The notes beneath the pieces are model-generated. The model worked only from the letters and a program-made list of their open reading frames with translations, was not told where the DNA came from and did no database searches. This document shows positions 1 to 9,841 of a stretch of 64,000 nucleotides of DNA, piece by piece. The DNA lies in contig JBDRYB010000003.1 in NCBI GenBank assembly GCA_039803205.1, positions 1 through 64,000 of the forward strand, in the 5' to 3' direction. Made by a program: the position numbers and the translations under genes. The DNA is from a candidate division WOR-3 bacterium. Its GTDB lineage: Bacteria; Hydrothermota; Hydrothermia; JBDRYB01. Position 1 is the stretch's first letter. Every line of letters starts with the position of its first letter.

Positions 1-123
1 ATAGAAGACCACGAGAAGCGCCTGAGGGTCTTGGAGAGAGCATACTGGGGAGCGGTTGGAGTGATAACCTTCCTTCAGATAACTCAGATAGTCCTCAATA
101 TAATAAAGTTCTGGTGGAGGTGA
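1..123 (+). CDS. Partial (5'-truncated) XhlA/holin-like small phage membrane protein
   Basis: Frame 1 reads IEDHEKRLRVLERAYWGAVGVITFLQITQIVLNIIKFWWR*: a coiled 'DHEKRLRVLE' segment then one C-terminal TM helix. It lies just upstream of tail-like genes. Confidence 0.55.
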   Translation: MEDHEKRLRVLERAYWGAVGVITFLQITQIVLNIIKFWWR

Positions 124-129
124 GATAGG

Positions 130-1233
130 ATGGCTAAAGCCCAGCTCTCCGGCAAAATGCTCCGCCTTAACGGCTCCTTGTCCCAGTATCTCCAGGGGAC
201 AACGAATATAACCCTCTCAGCTTTCTGGGTTAGGATAACCATAAGGGCTAATTGGAACAATGAGGTAACCGAGTGTTATCCTTTCTGGTGGTATTGCTCG
301 CCAAACATATACATCCAGCATTATGGCTACTTAGCTTATAACAGGCAGATAATAGCGGTTGGACAAGGCAGAAGCAACACCATTTACCCCTACTATACCG
401 GGGGCACATCAACCGCCTCTCACGGTGCTATGACCATAGACATGGTCTACGATGGCTCAGCTATAGCCTGGTATCTTAATGGCGTCCGGTCAACGATAGC
501 ATCTACCTCCGGAAACATCAATGCTCTCAACTCTGCCCTTTACATAGGGCGCGCCCCTGGCGGGTATTATTACAGGGGCGATATTGGGCATGTAATCATC
601 CATAACGCTGTGCCAGGTGCCTTCAGCGGTTTCCCGGATCACCTTTCCGGGATTGCGGCGCATCCCCTTTTGAAGGCTACCGAGTTCCTCAAATATATAG
701 GCCTCACTGAGAACGATGTCCTGTGCCTATACGATTACCGAGACCCAAATAATCCAGGCAAAAACTATGGGTTTGGAGGTTCAAACTACGATCTCACTCC
801 ATATAACAACCCATCCGTGATTGATACGGATTGTCAGTATGAGATAATAGATGAGATACCTTTAATAGCTACCGCATGGCTTGACTGCGAATATAGCCCG
901 GCGCAAAGGAACATAGGCAATTTCCTCTTTCACGCTCAAGCAACCGGAGGGGTTGAACCTTACAGCTACCAGTGGTATGTCTCTACGGATGAGGGGAATA
1001 CTTGGACGCCAACGGGTGATACAGCTGATTTGTATGTCTGGGATGCTCCGCCGGGTCTGTATTGGTTCAGGGTCAGAATAACCGACAACGACAATAACGA
1101 GGCTTACAGCCAGATAGTCAAAGTTCTTGTCTACACCTGTCCTTCCCAGATAATTGAGTATCCCCATGGGATAACCCTCAAGGGTCATATGGAGGTTCCC
1201 CGGCTCAGAGGTAAGCTGAGGTGTAGGCTATGA
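130..1233 (+). CDS. LamG/concanavalin-A-like domain protein with C-terminal Ig-like domain (putative phage tail/adhesin)
   Basis: LamG-like motifs 'MVYDGSAIAWYLNG', 'LYIGR..YYRGDIGHVIIHN'; Ig/PKD-like 'ATGGVEPYSYQWY...YWFRVRITD'. Confidence 0.65.
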   Translation: MAKAQLSGKMLRLNGSLSQYLQGTTNITLSAFWVRITIRANWNNEVTECYPFWWYCSPNIYIQHYGYLAYNRQIIAVGQGRSNTIYPYYTGGTSTASHGAMTIDMVYDGSAIAWYLNGVRSTIASTSGNINALNSALYIGRAPGGYYYRGDIGHVIIHNAVPGAFSGFPDHLSGIAAHPLLKATEFLKYIGLTENDVLCLYDYRDPNNPGKNYGFGGSNYDLTPYNNPSVIDTDCQYEIIDEIPLIATAWLDCEYSPAQRNIGNFLFHAQATGGVEPYSYQWYVSTDEGNTWTPTGDTADLYVWDAPPGLYWFRVRITDNDNNEAYSQIVKVLVYTCPSQIIEYPHGITLKGHMEVPRLRGKLRCRL

Positions 1234-4200
1234 ACCTTTACCTTTATCATGACCCTAATGATTCGCCTTGGGACTTAGCTCCATACATCCCACAGGACAG
1301 CCTCAGCCTTCTCCAAGCTGAAATAGAAGATAGCTCTGGATTACTCAGGGCAACCCTCGTTCTTGAACTGTTTGAGCCTGAGCCGATAACTCAAGCTCCC
1401 TCTGAAATTAGAGCCCTTCTCAGGAAACCCGGCATCCTCATAATCCAATCTTCGGGTGTTTATCTTTTTGCCCTCTATTATGATCCAATCAAGACCGAAT
1501 ACGATCCAACAACCAGGAGATACAGGCTCAACTTTGTTGGCCTCCTGGAAGCTTTGAGGTCTTATCTGAGCAGGGATAAATGGTGGAATGTTCTTGATGC
1601 TTCAACCTTAATGGCAAGTTTCAAGGAATTCCTTTCCCAATATCTCCCTTCAGATATAGTTAATGAGACTGTATACCACTCCCGTAGTATGTCTCCCATC
1701 CAAGAAGATCCAAAAGACCCAGCCTGGACTTACTTTGCTGGCTTTATCCAGCCCTCAAGCTGGCTTGTGGGGAAGCAAGTTGATTACAGCCCAAATGGTC
1801 CCTGGACAATAATAAATGTTCTGGGGGTTACTAAGTCTCTGGTTCAAGAGGAAACCATATTTGCTCTCTGCCTCGCCAAACCCGCTCCATGGTGGTCAAC
1901 CCAAGGGGATTATGTCCTGCCAATTGTTGTTAAAGCAACTTGGAACTGGGATTCGTGGGACTGGGATGTTGTGGATATGGTCTGGAAATATGACCCTGAT
2001 AACGAAGGAAATACATGGTGGTGGCCGGTTTGGTTCGGATTAAAAAGATGTCCGCCAGGAACAACCGGGGATAGCGCTCTTATCTACACCGTTGCAACCT
2101 CTAATGGTGAGAGGGTTGTTTGCGCTTGGGTTGAGAGTTCAGTAAGGAAACCCGGACTTGAGGGGGATTACATCCAGATAGACGACTCCTGGTTGAGGTG
2201 TGTTCTCCTTGATGGAGAACTGAATTTCCTTGACCAAAAGAGGATAACCCTCAAGTATATTGATGTCGGTGCCGCTTCTGATGCTCGTATCTCAGCCCAG
2301 ACAACCATACTTAGGGGTAATGGTTATAATAATAGCGGAACTCCGGCAGGGGTGGTCTTTGTCGGGATAAATGGTATTGTGCCGTTCAAGTGCACCGGCG
2401 AAGGCCCGACAGGTTATGGTGATAGCGGTCAGGATGGTTTATCCGGGGTATTCGCAGTAAGGTGGTCTGGTGATGCTTGGACTGATAATGAGCTTCAAAC
2501 CATTTGGCGCCGATATTTCGTTATGAGCGACCCGGATACAGACCATCCCATAAGGCTTCTGGATTTTGAGGTTATACCTTTCCCAAATTATCAAGGAGTA
2601 TATCTCGTCCACATCATCTACGGCAGGCGTTATGCTGAAGCCGGGAACCTTGCCTTGGACAACCTCGTTTATATGCTCTATGGCTATGATGCTGGCACTA
2701 ATACCGCTAATTTCGCAAAAGGAGATTGGTGGAAGCTGGAATATTCTCTCAGCGAGGATGTAAAGCTGACGCCTACATTCGCGGTTCCAGTTGGCTTTGA
2801 TTACGATAACTGGAAAGCCTCGTTTATAATTGGATACACCATCCTGAAGTATGGTGAAGGGGGGGTTGAGAAAGAGGACATCTTCTTTGTTGATATGATA
2901 ACCGGAACGCTCAGATATACAGGACCCTATTGGCCTCCATTTAATCCTTGGAGTGCTCCATATAGTGCAAGCATGAACCCGGATAATGCTGGGATTATGG
3001 AGCTGGACATCCCAATAACAGCCGGAGAAAATGAGAGGAGAGACCCTCGTGAAGCTCCGGTAACCCTCTGGGATGATGCTGAGTGTGAACAGAACCTCGC
3101 TTCCCAGCTTAGAACCCTTATAGCCTGCAGGATGAGACCCTTTGCAATCAGATACGAGGGCTCTCTGGAAGGAACCCAGCGGGTCAAGTTTCACATCCTT
3201 CACCAAAGCTTCTCAGAATGGGAGGCCTTTGCGATTGCCGGGGAATTTGATGTAGGAACTGGTGATGCTGATATTTATACCCTTGATGGGAGAGATCTAA
3301 GAGGTGAGCTTGTTCCAAAGATCGGTGGCGGTCAATTTAATGAATCTGATGTCTGGCGCTCAGTTGTCCCTTATCATAGCATCTGGAGCAATACCGGGGA
3401 CATAAGGTCAAGTGGTTATGACCACCAGGGGAATTTTGGAATGTTTAATTATCCTATCGGCGTCATGTCGGTTCCAGTTGTAAAGAAGGTCTGCGAAAAT
3501 GACCGGATTTACTCTGAACCAGGCAAGCTGGGATACCAGAACATGATGAACCCCTCTGAGCGCTACTGGTGGAATGTCTACAATGCGCACAGGCTATATC
3601 TCATAACAACCCTCAGCTACTGGAGCTTCATAGAGGAGGAGATTGATTACAGAAAGGAAACCAACCTCGCTTGGATGAACCAGAGCTGGGATGAGGAGGT
3701 TCACGGACTAAGCTATGTGGCTGGAAGGGTTCTGTGGAAGGGGAACCTCAGGAATAGGATATGCCTCGTCCTCATACCCCGCTGGCCGCTCAGAGGAGAT
3801 AATCAGACCATATCCGGGGATAATTACTGGGAGGACAATAAGACCGCGCTTTATCCTGATGTCTCATACATCAAAGAGAAAGGCTTTGAGCTCGGTTTGC
3901 AAGGGAGATACTGGGATGCTCTTTGCCTCGGACCAGAGGGAGGAGCGTTATTGACAAATATCTGGTGGGGGGATGAGGGGCAATTTGACCGAGAGCTCGT
4001 TGTTAAGCTTGAGAGCCTTCAGCCTCAGTGGTTCGGAACTGCCTATCACAGGGGAGGTCTCTATACCGATCTGTTTGTGTTCCTAAGGGAGAATGAAGCA
4101 GAGCTAGGAGGTCATAATGCCAGGGTTGGGATGAGGGAGCTGGCCCTCCCCATATACAACTGGCGCGGGATGATCCGAATAGGCATGCTGATAAACGAGG

Positions 4201-4394
4201 ACATCATGGAGGATTTGGAGATAAGGGATGACCCTGAGCTTGTGAGATATGGTTATTATGACTCAGCGGGGCAGTTCATCCCGGTTCCTCTCTACTGGCA
4301 GATAGCTGGTCTGAGGTGGGACTTAACGAGGAACACGGCGAGCTTTAGGCTATTGGAGACGAGGGATGATCGGAGGACAGGCCCCCAAAGCTGA
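1230..4394 (+). CDS. Large Trp/Asp/Gly-rich hypothetical protein, probable phage tail/structural protein
   Basis: 1054-aa ORF coupled by an ATGA overlap to the LamG gene. The function is inferred from context. Confidence 0.55.
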   Translation: MNLYLYHDPNDSPWDLAPYIPQDSLSLLQAEIEDSSGLLRATLVLELFEPEPITQAPSEIRALLRKPGILIIQSSGVYLFALYYDPIKTEYDPTTRRYRLNFVGLLEALRSYLSRDKWWNVLDASTLMASFKEFLSQYLPSDIVNETVYHSRSMSPIQEDPKDPAWTYFAGFIQPSSWLVGKQVDYSPNGPWTIINVLGVTKSLVQEETIFALCLAKPAPWWSTQGDYVLPIVVKATWNWDSWDWDVVDMVWKYDPDNEGNTWWWPVWFGLKRCPPGTTGDSALIYTVATSNGERVVCAWVESSVRKPGLEGDYIQIDDSWLRCVLLDGELNFLDQKRITLKYIDVGAASDARISAQTTILRGNGYNNSGTPAGVVFVGINGIVPFKCTGEGPTGYGDSGQDGLSGVFAVRWSGDAWTDNELQTIWRRYFVMSDPDTDHPIRLLDFEVIPFPNYQGVYLVHIIYGRRYAEAGNLALDNLVYMLYGYDAGTNTANFAKGDWWKLEYSLSEDVKLTPTFAVPVGFDYDNWKASFIIGYTILKYGEGGVEKEDIFFVDMITGTLRYTGPYWPPFNPWSAPYSASMNPDNAGIMELDIPITAGENERRDPREAPVTLWDDAECEQNLASQLRTLIACRMRPFAIRYEGSLEGTQRVKFHILHQSFSEWEAFAIAGEFDVGTGDADIYTLDGRDLRGELVPKIGGGQFNESDVWRSVVPYHSIWSNTGDIRSSGYDHQGNFGMFNYPIGVMSVPVVKKVCENDRIYSEPGKLGYQNMMNPSERYWWNVYNAHRLYLITTLSYWSFIEEEIDYRKETNLAWMNQSWDEEVHGLSYVAGRVLWKGNLRNRICLVLIPRWPLRGDNQTISGDNYWEDNKTALYPDVSYIKEKGFELGLQGRYWDALCLGPEGGALLTNIWWGDEGQFDRELVVKLESLQPQWFGTAYHRGGLYTDLFVFLRENEAELGGHNARVGMRELALPIYNWRGMIRIGMLINEDIMEDLEIRDDPELVRYGYYDSAGQFIPVPLYWQIAGLRWDLTRNTASFRLLETRDDRRTGPQS

Positions 4395-4953
4395 GAATTG
4401 GGAACAGGGGATCGGGGTCGGGGACATCATTTTGATCCGGAACACGGGCCTCCTCCCTTGGCTGATCCGCTTCTGGACTCGTCGCGGGGCGCCAGCTGGA
4501 CACGAGGGCTACAACCACGCGGCGATCTGCGTTGGAAGGAGCGATGAAGCCCTCTGGCTATCGGCTGAGCCATGCGGGGTAGGGATCAGGAACACCACTG
4601 AGCTCTTGAAAGGAGCAGAGGGTTTTGCCGTCCTTCATTTTACTGGCCCAATTCGGATCGGCTTCTCGGCGGCCCAGAGGGCAATGGCCACCCTGCGGAG
4701 CGGATATGACTTCGTTGGCGTCCTAGGTTTTGTCATCTCCAGGATCACGGGTCTCAGGGTTGATTTCAGAGGGAAATGGTTCTGTTCAGAAATATGCCAC
4801 TCAGCTTGGCAGGAGGCCCTGGTTGAAAATGGGCTACTGAGGAGCTTCCGGGACAGCTCAGATACTTCCCCGAACGACCTCCTGGCATGGGCTCTGCACC
4901 AGGGGTGTTTTGAGAAGATCCGAGTTGATAGGGAATGGGTTCCCGGATCATAA
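4366..4953 (+). CDS. Permuted papain-like NlpC/P60 (YiiX/YebB-like) amidase
   Basis: 'GDIILIR', 'YNHAAI' (His), 'GYDF' and 'WFCSEI' (Cys) occur in the permuted order. Confidence 0.8.
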   Translation: MIGGQAPKAENWEQGIGVGDIILIRNTGLLPWLIRFWTRRGAPAGHEGYNHAAICVGRSDEALWLSAEPCGVGIRNTTELLKGAEGFAVLHFTGPIRIGFSAAQRAMATLRSGYDFVGVLGFVISRITGLRVDFRGKWFCSEICHSAWQEALVENGLLRSFRDSSDTSPNDLLAWALHQGCFEKIRVDREWVPGS

Positions 4954-4963
4954 TTTTCTCCCT

Positions 4964-5128
4964 ATGGGAGGCCAGCGCCTCCGGCTCAGAAGGGTGAGCG
5001 GATGGACAACGACCGGCGTGCCCGTGATCATAGGCGTTGTTTCGGTTGTTGCGTTTCCAGTAGCCATAGCGGCCTGCGTAGGCCTTCTCAACCTTCAAAT
5101 GCCTCAGATCGCACAGAGAAAGGGCTAA
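4964..5128 (+). CDS. Small single-TM membrane protein (54 aa)
   Basis: MGGQRLRLRRVSGWTTTGVPVIIGVVSVVAFPVAIAACVGLLNLQ...; fills the intergenic gap; CATAAT 9 nt before the ATG, as for other leaderless genes here. Confidence 0.4.
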   Translation: MGGQRLRLRRVSGWTTTGVPVIIGVVSVVAFPVAIAACVGLLNLQMPQIAQRKG

Positions 5129-5562
5129 TCCTGCTCTATTCCCCATTCCTTAATGAGCTCGCGGTTTATCTCGGAAGCGAGCTTGCCATCAGGCTGAGGC
5201 TGGGTTTTCTTTGTGATGAGGCGCCTCGGCCCCTTGACGAACTCCCTCGTGGACATCACCCTTGCGCCCAGGGCTCCAGCCGTTCCCCTTATCTCCCTGT
5301 CCTCGGTGACCACGACCACATCCCGAGGGTTCTGGCACCTCCTGAGCCAGCGCTTTATGTATTCATCAGCGCTTTCGCCCTTGGTGAAGACCGCGCCGGG
5401 GAGGCTGTGGTGAACCCCTTCCCTTCCATCAAAGACGACTATGACCCTGTGAGGTGCATAGACCTTGGAGAAGGAGACCAGATATTCCCTTGCCTTTTCC
5501 ATCTCCATTTCCCTGAAACGGGTCGTGAGTATCAGATTGTAGCCGTCAACTATGTATATCAT
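5125..5562 (-). CDS. NYN-domain (YacP/Rae1-like) ribonuclease
   Basis: PIN/NYN motifs 'IVDGYNL', 'VVFDG', 'SADEYI', 'VVTEDREI'. Confidence 0.85.
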   Translation of the reverse strand: MIYIVDGYNLILTTRFREMEMEKAREYLVSFSKVYAPHRVIVVFDGREGVHHSLPGAVFTKGESADEYIKRWLRRCQNPRDVVVVTEDREIRGTAGALGARVMSTREFVKGPRRLITKKTQPQPDGKLASEINRELIKEWGIEQD

Positions 5563-5581
5563 GAAGCCTCAAGATCATAAA

Positions 5582-6733
5582 CTATATTTCCGGCCTCCCA
5601 TAAGCAACGAATATCGGCGCGTCGCCTTCCTCCCACCCGGCAAACTCCTCTGGTTTCGGGTTCAGTATTACCCTGCCTCCCCTCTTGACTCCTATGAGTA
5701 TCGCTGGTGGTTTCTCATCAAGGAACATCCTCGCGGTCTCAGAGAATGATTTACCCTCAAAGAACCTCTTCCAGGACTCTGGTTTCATCTCCTCAACCAT
5801 GTAGATCTCGCAATCCTCGCCGCCGGTGTGCCCGACCGTGAGCAGGTCAAGATAGACCTCGGACATTCCGGGGCTTATTGATGTCTGCGCGAGAAGCCCC
5901 ATCTGATAGTCAGTGAAGCATATCACCTCATCAGCGCCAGCATCCTTGATGTGGCCAGTTTTCCTGTGGTTGGATGCCTCAACTATTATGTATGGGCGGG
6001 TTCCCTCCTCGTTGGCAAGAGCCCTCAAGCCGAGAGTCACCAGCGCGTTCATGCCATCGGAGTCCGGCCTGTTCTCGTCCGATAGTATTATCACCCTCGC
6101 GGCCCTGTGGGCCCGGATTGACTTGAGAAAGCCCTTATCAAAAGCATCCCCAGCAACGAATGTGACGCGCTTGTAATCCTCCTGCTGGTGATAGAGCTCC
6201 GGGTTCACATGCCCATCATGTATAACCATGATCTCAGGCGGCTCTCGCCCAGCATCGCGGTGATAAGCGTTCAGCTCTTTCACGAGCCTGTCTCCCTTCA
6301 GGCTCCAGTTAACAATGAGATACTCTCCCTCTTTCAAAGCATGCCTCCTTTGCATCCTTTTGGCCGTCAGGAAAGCGGCCAGCTCCCCTGTTAGATACGC
6401 CACGACCGAGACCCCTCCTATCATTATGAGGACAGCGGCGGTCCTGCCTGGGCCAGTGTTTGGGCCCCTGTCCTCAAAGCCTGAGAGCAGGTATGTGGCT
6501 ATTGACCAGAATGATTCTAAGACTGAGGAGAAAAACTGATTGAATCTGAACTCCAAAAGGTGCATCGCGACCGCGCCGGACACCCAGACAAAACAGAGGA
6601 AGAAAAATGCCCTCAGGATGCCCATGTAGTCCTTGGATGCCCAGGATCTCCTGGCCATGCTGAGATAGACCAGGAAGAGGAAACCCAGAGCTAACAGGCT
6701 AAAGAGAATAGTTTCTACTATATCAAGGATCAC
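5582..6733 (-). CDS. Ion channel (pore domain plus RCK/TrkA-like domains)
   Basis: TM helices around a pore loop 'SFWSIATYLLSGFEDRGPNTGPGR'; RCK-like 'VAGDAFD', 'AGADEVIC', 'LIGVKRGGRVILNP'. GTG start chosen 6 nt after TATAAT. Confidence 0.8.
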   Translation of the reverse strand: MILDIVETILFSLLALGFLFLVYLSMARRSWASKDYMGILRAFFFLCFVWVSGAVAMHLLEFRFNQFFSSVLESFWSIATYLLSGFEDRGPNTGPGRTAAVLIMIGGVSVVAYLTGELAAFLTAKRMQRRHALKEGEYLIVNWSLKGDRLVKELNAYHRDAGREPPEIMVIHDGHVNPELYHQQEDYKRVTFVAGDAFDKGFLKSIRAHRAARVIILSDENRPDSDGMNALVTLGLRALANEEGTRPYIIVEASNHRKTGHIKDAGADEVICFTDYQMGLLAQTSISPGMSEVYLDLLTVGHTGGEDCEIYMVEEMKPESWKRFFEGKSFSETARMFLDEKPPAILIGVKRGGRVILNPKPEEFAGWEEGDAPIFVAYGRPEI

Positions 6734-6780
6734 GGGCAAATTATAAGGCCTTACGCGCAGGCAGAGCTACTTGATACGGA

Positions 6781-7461
6781 TCAATCCGCCAGCAGGCCCT
6801 TCTTGAAGCTCCCCATCGCGCCAAAGGAGCCAAGCATAAGAGAGGCATACCATCTAATATCATGAAGGGGATCGCTTATAATGCCGAGCCTAAGCGCATC
6901 AATGAACATGGGGATGAAGGCGGCTATCCCTATTATCACGGGCACAAGCTGGAAAAGATACATGAGCAGGTCCTTGAACGAGAATACCCCCATCTCCCTA
7001 CCCATGTAAATGAAAAGGGTTGGCGCTGACAAAAGCATCCCCAGAATTCCCTCGCCGGCTACGAGCAGGGCAACCCTGTCTAGCTCAGCGCCAAAAAGAG
7101 GGTCAATCCACGGAGCTATTACCACGAGCAAGAGGCGGATAGCATTATATACCGTAATTCCCTCGCTATCGCCGAACCAATCTATCCAGAATATCCACCA
7201 GACCATCCCCGCGTAGAAGAACATCCAGATTATGAAGTGCGGGATGAAGGCTAGGAAGCAGATCAGTGTGCTCCATCCTCCTTCCAGGGAATAGAACCTC
7301 CGTAGCACGGTTATGAGGGTCTGGCTCACGGGTGAGAAGAAGAACAGGTAGACCGAAACCCCTAATGTAAAAAGGATATAGGCTATCATCAGGCCGGTGA
7401 ATATGTTCCCTGCTACTTTGCCGAGATCAAATTCCAGGAACTCCCTTAGCTTCCGGATCAT
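6781..7461 (-). CDS. Multi-pass membrane hypothetical protein
   Basis: 226-aa hydrophobic ORF; TAAAAT 7 nt before the ATG. Confidence 0.7.
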   Translation of the reverse strand: MIRKLREFLEFDLGKVAGNIFTGLMIAYILFTLGVSVYLFFFSPVSQTLITVLRRFYSLEGGWSTLICFLAFIPHFIIWMFFYAGMVWWIFWIDWFGDSEGITVYNAIRLLLVVIAPWIDPLFGAELDRVALLVAGEGILGMLLSAPTLFIYMGREMGVFSFKDLLMYLFQLVPVIIGIAAFIPMFIDALRLGIISDPLHDIRWYASLMLGSFGAMGSFKKGLLAD

Positions 7462-7477
7462 CCTGAAGATTTTAACC

Positions 7478-8341
7478 CTAAGCTTTGGGACTGAACCTCT
7501 TTCTTATGAAGAAGGCCGCGAGGTTCAGTATGAAGGTGAGAATTACGAGAACGAGAGCCGTTCCGTAAGCGAGGGGCCGAACCCCTTCTATGTTCTGGTG
7601 CTGGGTTGCTAGAATGTAAAGGTGATATGGGAGAGCCATGAATTGACTGGTTGGGCTCGTCGGAAGGTGCGGAGTGTAGAAGACAACGCCCGTGAAGAGT
7701 ATGGGGGCTGTTTCGCCCATGGCCCTTGACATGGAGAGGATCATGCCGGTCAGTATCCCTGGCAATGCGGCTGGTAGAACAGCCTTCCAGATGGTTTGCC
7801 ATTTCGTCGCGCCCAAGGCTAAGGAACCCTCCCTATATGAGTGCGGGACCTGTCTCAGCGCCTCCTCTGATGTGGTTATGAGCCAAGGCAGGTTCATCAG
7901 ACCGAGGGTGAGGCCTGAGGCCAAGAGTGAGGTCCCCATCCTGGACAATTGAACAAAAAGCGCCACCCCGAATATGCCGTAAACTATGGAGGGAATGCCA
8001 CCGAGGTTCCTGGTGGTGCTCCTTATTAGCCTAGTGAACCAGTTATCCGAAGCGTATTCGGCCAGATATATCCCAGCGCCAAGCCCTATAGGGAAAGAGG
8101 CAATTGTTGATATTACTGCAAGGTAGAATGTGCCTACTATTGCCGGGAATATCCCCCCTTCGGTCATGTTGTTCATGGGTGGTTTCGTGAGGAAATCCCA
8201 GCTCAGAACCCCAGCCCCCTTGAGGGTTATGAAGGAGAATATGTAGCCGAGGACGAGGGCTATAAGTGTAGCAGAGAGGATTACCACCCCTGTTCCAGCT
8301 CTATCGGCTAGTTTTTTAAGCAACAAGCCTGACTTGGTCAT
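7478..8341 (-). CDS. pstA: Phosphate ABC transporter permease PstA
   Basis: 'GGIFPAIVGT', 'IPSIVYGIFG', 'EGSLALGATKWQT', 'SRAMGETAP'. True start MTKSG at 8341 overlaps the pstC stop. Confidence 0.93.
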   Translation of the reverse strand: MTKSGLLLKKLADRAGTGVVILSATLIALVLGYIFSFITLKGAGVLSWDFLTKPPMNNMTEGGIFPAIVGTFYLAVISTIASFPIGLGAGIYLAEYASDNWFTRLIRSTTRNLGGIPSIVYGIFGVALFVQLSRMGTSLLASGLTLGLMNLPWLITTSEEALRQVPHSYREGSLALGATKWQTIWKAVLPAALPGILTGMILSMSRAMGETAPILFTGVVFYTPHLPTSPTSQFMALPYHLYILATQHQNIEGVRPLAYGTALVLVILTFILNLAAFFIRKRFSPKA

Positions 8342-9225
8342 GCGGACTCCTTTACCCTCTTGACGAATGGCTCTGCTATCAGGTTGACCAGGAGTGTTAT
8401 GAGGAACAGGTAAAATCCCAGAGCAAAAAGGACATAGTAATGTTCCGTGTTCCAGGGAACCTCCCCGAGCTCTATGGCTATTGTGGCCGTGAGGGGTCTT
8501 ACGGGATCGAGAAACGAGTGGGGCATTGCCGGAGCGTTCCCAGCGGCCATGAGGACCGCCATAGTCTCCCCTATCGCCCTTCCGAAACCGAGCATTATCG
8601 CCGCGACTATGCCGGGCCTCGCGGCTATCGCGACGACTCCCCATATTGTTTGCCACCTGGTAGCGCCCAGAGCTCTAGCGGCCTCCCTGTATGTCCTCGG
8701 GACCGCCTTGAGGGCATCATCCGATATTGAGATTATCGTTGGGAGTATCATTATGGCGAGAATGACGGAGGCGTTCAGCGCGTTAAGGCCAGAACTCTGG
8801 CCTGTTAGCCTGGCCACGAGGGGCCCGGTTATCACCAGGCCGAGAAAACCATATATCACCGATGGGACCGCGGCCAGAAGCTCAACTATTGGCTTGAAGA
8901 AGGCCCTCTGGCGCTCTGTCGCGACCTCTGAGAGATAGACAGCGACCAAAAGACCCCAGGGAACCGCTATTGCCATCGCGCCAACCGTGACCATCGCCGA
9001 GGAAATAAGAAGCGGCAGTGAGCCGTAGCTCGCGGCCGTATAGCCAGCGGGATTCCAGTTTGTTCCGAAGAGCAATTGCGCCGGGGGAACGGTCTTAAGA
9101 GCGAGGATGGTGTTTTTCCCAAGAAGAAGCACTATGCCAAGCACCACCATTACCGAGATCACCGCGGCAAACAGGAAAACTACCCTGGCTATCCTATCGG
9201 TTAGCTTCTTCAATCCGAAAATCAT
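8338..9225 (-). CDS. pstC: Phosphate ABC transporter permease PstC
   Basis: 'ELLAAVPSVIYG', 'EAARALGATRWQT', 'GRAIGETMAV.M..GN'. Confidence 0.93.
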   Translation of the reverse strand: MIFGLKKLTDRIARVVFLFAAVISVMVVLGIVLLLGKNTILALKTVPPAQLLFGTNWNPAGYTAASYGSLPLLISSAMVTVGAMAIAVPWGLLVAVYLSEVATERQRAFFKPIVELLAAVPSVIYGFLGLVITGPLVARLTGQSSGLNALNASVILAIMILPTIISISDDALKAVPRTYREAARALGATRWQTIWGVVAIAARPGIVAAIMLGFGRAIGETMAVLMAAGNAPAMPHSFLDPVRPLTATIAIELGEVPWNTEHYYVLFALGFYLFLITLLVNLIAEPFVKRVKESA

Positions 9226-9237
9226 AAGGGGGGATTC

Positions 9238-9254
9238 GTTAAGAAAGTGTTAAG
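9238..9254 (-). promoter_or_regulatory. Pho-box-like direct repeat upstream of pstC
   Basis: Minus strand CTTAAC-ACTTT-CTTAAC: 11-bp periodic repeat 12 nt upstream of the pstC ATG. Confidence 0.6.
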
Positions 9255-9334
9255 ATCAGGCGCAGAGGGGGCAAGATTTGCATTCGCTCATCTGGTTGGA
9301 TTATAATTTAAGGGATTAGGAACAAAAATGACCC

Positions 9335-9841
9335 ATGAGAAAGATTGTTTTTGCGCTCCTTGTTTTGCTTGGCTGGGCCACACCCTCCCGCGCGGCGGAC
9401 ACGGTTGAGGTTTGTTGCATCTCCATGCCAGATTACATGCGCGATGCCCTTTGCGCAGGCATAGTAATTGGGCTTTGTTGTGTAGGAACCTTGTGCCTTC
9501 TGGATTTGGCATCGACGGGTGGGAGTGCTTCGTGCCCAAAAAGCGATTCGTCGTGGCTGGGCCGCACATACAAAGAGGTTCTGAGGCTATTTGGCCAACC
9601 ATCCGCTGTCTATTCGGATGGAAGGAACGGCGCAGTGATCTCATACATGTATACCAGAACACCATCCAATTCCTACACCCAAATACCTGGGCCCCCCTAT
9701 GACTACGAGGATTGGGCAAGCGTGTGCGTCCTTGCCAGAACCAGCAGGGCGCCTTACGGGAGACACTCCTGTCATGCTTACCGGCTCTTTTGGGTTAACG
9801 AGAACGGCACGATCTACAAATACAAGAAGAAGGGCGTATAA
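9335..9841 (+). CDS. Secreted/membrane hypothetical protein
   Basis: Signal peptide MRKIVFALLVLLGWA; BamE/SmpA-like 'GRTYKEVLRLFGQPS' segment. Confidence 0.6.
   Translation: MRKIVFALLVLLGWATPSRAADTVEVCCISMPDYMRDALCAGIVIGLCCVGTLCLLDLASTGGSASCPKSDSSWLGRTYKEVLRLFGQPSAVYSDGRNGAVISYMYTRTPSNSYTQIPGPPYDYEDWASVCVLARTSRAPYGRHSCHAYRLFWVNENGTIYKYKKKGV

Larger units (their letters stand above)
1..4953 (+). mobile_element. Right end of a prophage-like tail/lysis module
   Basis: Tightly coupled co-directional genes (XhlA-like, LamG, large tail-like, permuted NlpC/P60), visibly more AT-rich than the flank. No integrase or att site is visible in the window. Confidence 0.55.
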
